From contig OX597819.1 of NCBI GenBank assembly GCA_951406725.2, positions 46,996,001 through 47,060,000 of the forward strand: a stretch of DNA of 64,000 nt, written 5' to 3'. A model generated the notes under the pieces. The model had not been told where the DNA came from and ran no database searches. It saw nothing but the letters and a program-made list of their open reading frames with translations. Below are positions 57,456-64,000 of this stretch, piece after piece. This stretch comes from Octopus vulgaris (taxonomy: Eukaryota). A program made the position numbers and the translations under genes. Within the stretch, counting starts at the first letter, position 1. Each line of letters opens with the position of its first letter.

Positions 57456-58373
57456 TGCTTATTCTCCTTCGTCTTCTTGTCACTGGTATTGTGTTTGTTG
57501 TTCTCTGCTGCTGTTGTAGATGGTATTCCGCATGAAATCTGTCAACTTGGAATTAATGCTGTATGATGAAGTTATCCGGAAGATATCCTTAAGGGTTTTA
57601 CAGTCTACAGCCCTCCCCTCACACACACACACACACACATTAATATACATATGTGCGTATATGTATGCGTGCGAATGAATGGGTGGATAGAGAGATACGT
57701 ATATACATGTATGTATAGATGCATTGTTCTTCTATGTTGTTCTATGTATACTTACACAGGCTAAGCTTACTTATCTTTTTTCGCATAATTGTAATTGTAG
57801 TTGTTATGTTTGTTATTTGTTGCTTTATCTTAAGTTTTGCTTAATATTTCTTTAATCTTTAATAGACATTTCTATGTAGATAAATAGCTTGATTCGCAAT
57901 CATGTGGTTTCGGGTTCTTTCACATATCGCAGCACCTTCGGCGTCTTGTTCCATGCGGTAAGCTCTCACATGCTTAAGATATATATATATTCATCCATAC
58001 ATGGACACATACATACATGCATGCATACATATATACATATTTACATGCATATACACACACACATACGCACATACATGCATACATACATACATACATACAT
58101 ACATACATACATACATACATACATACATACATACATACATACATACATACATACATACATACATACATACATAGTGAGAAACTCTAGGGAGAACATCAAA
58201 TCTTCAGCTGAAATTCTTGCATGAGGGCGTACAGAGACTTCTCTGAATCGACCTCACTCCCTCGTGCAAGTGTTTCGGCCTTTAATTCTTTACCCTCAAA
58301 GAAACTCCCACTGCATCGCGGTCTTGACTCCTCGATACCTCTCTACAGTCATATTTAGGGGTTGATGTAAGCT

Positions 58374-58950
58374 AGCGAGCTGGTAGAGTCGTTAGCACAC
58401 TGGGAAAAATGCTTAGCGACATTTCGTCCGTATTTATTTTCTGAGTTCAAATTCCACCGAGGTCGACTTTGCCCTTTTCAGGGTCGATAAAAAAATGGAT
58501 CAGCTAAGACCTGGGGTCGATTTAATTGACTATCCCACCTCTCATGTATTTGCTGGCCTTTTGCCAAAATTTGAAACTAATAATAGTGGCGGGTGTAAGG
58601 CTGATAGCAGTGGTGTTGTTATGGTGAAGGCCGAATGTTTGATGCTGCTGAGGATGTTGAAAGGGCAAGAATGATCTGAATGATGCAGCTTGGATGCTAT
58701 TGCGTATAGGGTAACGGTGCTGATATTTGTATTTGCAGTGATTGTTATAGGCAGAGACAGAGAGACACACATATATATACATATATACGACGGGCTTCTT
58801 TCAGTTTCCGTCTACCAAATCCACTCACAAGGCTTTGGTCGGCCCAAGGCTATAGTATAAGACACTTGCCGAAGGTGCCACGCAGTGAGACTGAACCCGT
58901 AACCATGTGGTTGGTAAGCAAGCTACTTACCACACAGCCACTCCTACGCC
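58374..58950. mobile_element. Family B SINE (58374-58580, +) and family A SINE head half (58745-58950, -)
   Basis: Shared motifs with other copies. Confidence 0.85.
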
Positions 58951-59354
58951 TAGGAGTGGCTCGCTCCTATCCTATAATATGGATAAGCTATGGTTTTCAG
59001 AAAAAGAATTCAACCAATTCACTCGCACATTACAGGCTTAAACAAAAATAAATATTGCTGTCGATTCGTACAGCTAAAATTCTTCAAGGCGGTGCCCCAG
59101 CAAAGCCGCAGTCTAATGACTGAAACAAGGAAACGATTAAAGATAACACATCTACGACCACGTTATCCAATGCTTCCATCCTGTTTCAAAACGACGGTAC
59201 GATAAAGTGTGATTTGAATGAGATTCGGCTGCTATTTCTGGCAAGTAGATATGACCATACTGGTGCCACCTTGAAATCTCGAGGTGATGGAGGAGGAGGA
59301 GGTTGGAATTGTGTTCGTGATAACGATGGTGGTCATCGTATTATGCTATCACTA

Positions 59355-59589
59355 TTCATGTTGATGATGATGATGATGATCATGATGACGACTATGACGA
59401 CGACGACCACGACGATAATGGTAATGATGATGGCGACGACGACAACGATCAAGAATGACGACAATGATGAAGAATGATAACGATGATGCTGACCGTGGTA
59501 ATGATGAAGACGACGATGACGAGGAGGAGGAGGAGGAGGAGGAGGAGGAAGAGAAGGAAGACGATAACGATGATGATGAGAATGAAGAC

Positions 59590-59644
<55 letters not shown>

Positions 59645-60000
59645 GTGATGGTGATGGTGATGATGATGGTGATGATGATGATGATAGTGATGACGACGAT
59701 GACGATGATGGTGATGATAACGGTGTTATTTGGGTGTAGGCCATGGTAGCATTGATAGTTTTGAAGAGAATAATTGTTGTGGCGGCAATGGTTATGGTGA
59801 TGTTGGTGAGGGGGCTGGCGACGGCGGCGGCGGTGCTGGTAGTGGTGTCTGTGGTAGTGGTGTCTGTGGTAGTGGTGTCTGTGGTGGTGGTCGTGGTGGG
59901 GGTCATGGTGGTGGTCGTGGTGGTGGTCGTGGTGGTCGTGGTCATGGTGATGGTGATGGTGTCTGCAATGGCTACAGCGGCTGTTGTAGTACTGGTAGCA

Positions 60001-60076
<76 letters not shown>

Positions 60077-60265
60077 CAGCAGTAGCGGCGGTGGTGGTTG
60101 CGGCTTGTCTCACAGCGTAAGTTGTTGCTGTTGTAGTTTTAATTAGCGTTGTTTGTAGATTATTGTCCCTAATAAGCTTGTATTCGCCAACGCAGTTGTT
60201 ATAATCGCTGTTGTTGTTGTTGTTGTTGTGTTTGTTGCTGTTATTGTTGTTGTTGTTATTGCTGT
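59355..60265. repeat. Compound trinucleotide repeats (GAT/GAC/GAG/GGT/GTA/GTT)
   Basis: Directly visible. Confidence 0.95.
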
Positions 60266-60730
60266 CGTTTAGCCCCAGGTCAGACTAGATCGAGTGCACT
60301 TATGATCAAAAGCATTCCAACCGTAACTATTATATCTTCTATTGTTGCTGTTGTTGTTGTTGTTGTTGTTGTTGTTATTGAAAATGTGATTGTATTTGAT
60401 AACATTGTGGTGCTTGCCTTTTCCAGAGTAGTTAGTCGGTTTTGTGGCTGTTATTATTGCAATGTTGTTCATGTTGCTGTTGTTGCTCCTTAGCCCCAGG
60501 TCAGGCTGAGACTAATGGTCATTGAATGTGTTATATAGACGTGGGTGAATGTTATTTGTATTGCTTTCGTTCTTCTTGTTGTTGTTGTCGGTGTCTTTGT
60601 TTTAATGTTCTATATATGGTATCAAATATCATAAATTCATAAATTGCTCTTACTGTTGGTAAATAACACGCGCACGTGCAAGAATGTTTGTGTGTGTGCG
60701 TGTGTGTGTGCTTGTGCGTGTGTGTGTGCT

Positions 60731-60807
<77 letters not shown>

Positions 60808-60995
60808 TGTATAAGCATTATATACTCTATTGCATTTCATTAAGCTTAGACTTACTTCATTAGGAACGATATAATTTGCTAGATTCAATCCCTTGAAATA
60901 GTGAGAGAAAAAACAACTCCAAAAATCTACATACATACATACAGACACACAGACAGGCAGACAGACAGACATATATACATACACACACACACACA

Positions 60996-61209
60996 CGAGG
61001 AAGTACTGAAAAGTTTCTGGTTTTAAGGGTTTCGTGAAAGGCCAGATTGGAGGCCCAACCTTCCGAGTTCTTTTAAAGAGCTTAGGAAAACCGAAAGACC
61101 GCTGCAATAAGTGTGTGAATCTCAGAGGGGAATATGATGAATAAAATCTCGATTAACTGATCCTGTATTTTGTTTTACCTAAAACCAATAACTTTTCAGC
61201 ACCGCCTCA
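60996..61209 (+). mobile_element. mariner-derived MITE
   Basis: TIRs CGAGG..GTACTGAAAAGTT / AACTTTTCAGCACCGCCTC; DRCNKCVNLRGEYDE* C-terminus. Confidence 0.8.
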
Positions 61210-61291
61210 CATACATACATACATACATACATACATACATACATACATACATACATACATACATACATACATACATACATACATACATACA

Positions 61292-61324
<33 letters not shown>

Positions 61325-61794
61325 GACAATCTGGATAAGCTATGGTTTTCTGAAAATGAATTCAACCAACTCATTCGCACATTACAAATACAATTTGTAC
61401 GTAGAACAGTAAAAATATGCAAGACTTTGCTCAATTTTAAATTGTGACATTGTATTGTTATCAATATTCCAAAGATGGAGTTTTGTATATTTGTTAGAAA
61501 CCAGCTCCTTTCTCAGAGGAAGAATTTAAATAATGAAAAAAAAGTGAGAGAACGTACGTATACAGGTTAAATATATTCAGGATTCAAGGGATTTGTTTAA
61601 TGGGTGGGTAATAATTATCCATACAGGAATAATAACAAACCAATTCGTTTGACCGAAGCAGGGGTGTCCAGTCGATTGAAGAAGATAAGAGATTAAGAGA
61701 TATTTAAGAGATATAATCATGTATGGTAACAGAGATGGTGAAATCATGTGTAAGTATGTATGGACGTATGGTCCTTATTCTAAGAGCTTGTGAA

Positions 61795-62112
61795 GGCGCG
61801 TAGCAACGTGGTTAGGGCAGTCGGCGCAAGATTGTAAGGCTGTGAGCCCGAGTCCAGGTGGCAAGTGGTATCCTTGAGCAAAACTATATTTCACGTTGCT
61901 GCAGTCTTCTCGGCTAGCAAAAATGAGCACTGCCTGTATTTTTCAAAAGGTCCGTCTTGTCACGTGCTGTGTCACGCTACATCTCCCTTAGAACTACGTT
62001 AAGAGTATGTGTGTTTGTAGAGTGCTCAACCGCTTGCACATTAATATCACGAGCATGCTTCTCCGTTGATCGGATCAACTGGGACCCTCGCCGTCGTAAC
62101 CGACGGAGCGCC
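61795..62112 (+). mobile_element. Decayed family C-related SINE
   Basis: CCTTGAGCAAAAC..ATTTCACGTTGCT core as at 31320. Confidence 0.8.
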
Positions 62113-62827
62113 AGTATTCTTATAGATTACGAAAAATTATAAAGAACTTATAAAATTTGGGAACCAAAGTTTTTCGTTTGTAACAGATAGCATTAGAAAA
62201 TATTGCAAATATACAGGATTACTAAGTTATGGTTGAGCTGTTTTAAAACGATATTAAAATGTTTGTATTTTAATTAAGATTTCAATTTTAATTAATTATA
62301 AAGTCTTTAAAATGGAAAGTGAAAATTCATCATTAAAAAAAAAGCATCCCCTTATAAAGTTTGTATTTTAACTAATATTTTGATTTTAATTAACTCTAAA
62401 TCATATATGGGTTGATTAACCAACCTGTTTATAAGGAAATACAATGAATAATCATGACTTCAAATTTATTGCTAATTGATTAATGATAATTAGATGAAAC
62501 ACAACTACATTTTTTTTTACACAGTATTTGTCAGAAAAATTCGATCGGTTTTTTTTTGGGGGGGGGTATACTTGGAACGCCATCGCCATATGTCTGAAGA
62601 GGTAAATTTATTCAAATTTTGAAAAACGATGAACAAAAGATGTAGAGGAAGAATAGAGCTACAAAGAAAGCATAAAACACTACTATAGAAATATTTTTCC
62701 TGTTATTTCAAATAACATTAACAAGGATTGCAAAAAAAATTTTTTTTAAGCGGAAAATAAAAGACGATCGAATTTATTTGACAATCTAATACATCTTTGC
62801 AGATTTCGCATGGCAAAAAAACAACAA

Positions 62828-63256
62828 TATTGTTTTCTACACTAGGCACAATGCCCGAAATGTTTGGAAAGGGGGCCAGTCGATTAGATCGAACCCAGTA
62901 CGCAACTGGTATTTAATTTATCGACCCCGAAATAATGAAAAGCAAAGTCGACCTCCACGGAATTTGAACTCAGAACGTAAAGACAGACGAAATACCGCTT
63001 AGCGTTTCGCCCGGCATGCTAACGTTTCTTATTTCTTTACTGCCCACAAGGGGCTACACATAGAGTGGACAAACAAGGACAGACAAAGGGATTAAGTCGA
63101 TTATATCGAACCCAGTACTAGTACTTATTTAATCGACCCCGAAAGGATAAAAGGCAAAGTCGACCTCGGCGGAATTTGAACTCAGAACGTAGCGGCAGAC
63201 GAACTACTGCTAAGCATTTCGCCCGGCGTGCTAACGTTTCTGCCAGCTCACCGCCT
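62828..63256 (-). mobile_element. Dimeric family B SINE (tail A unit followed by tail B unit)
   Basis: Two cores; junction GCTAACGTTTCT-TATTTCTTT near 63030. Confidence 0.9.
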
Positions 63257-63407
63257 TGCAAAAACAGCAATAACGAAGTAAATATGGTTTAGATGAGGTC
63301 TGATACAATTTATACTCCATTATTTACAAAAAATAATTATACTTAGATATAGAAATAGATGTGTATGTATATGTCTGTGTGTGTGTGTATACATATATAT
63401 GTATATA

Positions 63408-63449
<42 letters not shown>

Positions 63450-63466
63450 TGTCTGTATGTATATGC

Positions 63467-63537
<71 letters not shown>

Positions 63538-63563
63538 CATACATACATACATACATACATACA

Positions 63564-63596
<33 letters not shown>

Positions 63597-63597
<1 letters not shown>

Positions 63598-63751
63598 CGA
63601 CGAACTCCTTTCAGTTTGTTTCCGTCTACCCACTCCACTAACAAGGCTTTGGTCAGCCCTAGGCTATAGTTGAAGACAGTTGCCAAAAGTGCTATGCATT
63701 GAGACAGAACCCGAACCATGTGGTTGGGAAGCAAACTTCTTACCACACAGC
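63597..63751 (-). mobile_element. Family A SINE head half
   Basis: CCATGTGGTTGGGAAGCAAACTTCTTACCACACAGC. Confidence 0.85.
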
Positions 63752-64000
63752 GACGTTAAAAGAGAAATGTTATCTCTGAACGACTACCGTAGTAACTTGC
63801 TTCTCAACGATGTACATAGAGGTAAGTATGTTACGTAGATGACAATATGAATTTAAAATTGCTTCAGTTGCATATGTCGGATTTTAATTCAGCCGGGCGG
63901 CTTTTCGCAATATTATTAAATACGTTATTAACTGTTTCCAGTAACGGAAGCAATAATTCTCGTCTAAGAATTAGGCTGGTTGTGAGAACACGTCATTTAT

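Noticed and set aside
57520-57615. Exon-like segment after TTGTAG (MVFRMKSVNLELMLYDEVIRK)
   Set aside because: No donor site and no recognisable homology.
59352-60146. Mucin-like, acidic or Gly-rich ORFs
   Set aside because: Compound trinucleotide microsatellites open in several frames on both strands.
61640-61676. Further hammerhead remnant on the minus strand
   Set aside because: Both the core and GAAA are too degenerate to support.

Overview
AT-rich, repeat-saturated eukaryotic DNA. The microsatellites and tRNA-derived SINE families look like octopus (coleoid cephalopod) intronic or intergenic sequence; this is inferred from repeat content, not from a search. I could not support any intact host protein-coding gene, and almost all listed ORFs are microsatellite translations. 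The window holds dozens of SINE copies of about four families, a near-complete Tc1 (DD34E) element, decayed mariner, Tigger-like and hAT elements, RTE, L1/Tx1-like and CR1-like LINE ends, and two Penelope-like (GIY-YIG) remnants. Two patterns stand out. (1) Minimal hammerhead-ribozyme-like motifs are dispersed through the window, several inside long foldback elements next to (TA)n. (2) SINE multimers are each bounded by a single 14-15 bp target-site duplication, have recurrent junctions, and share their 3' tail with an L1/Tx1-like LINE end present in the same window.
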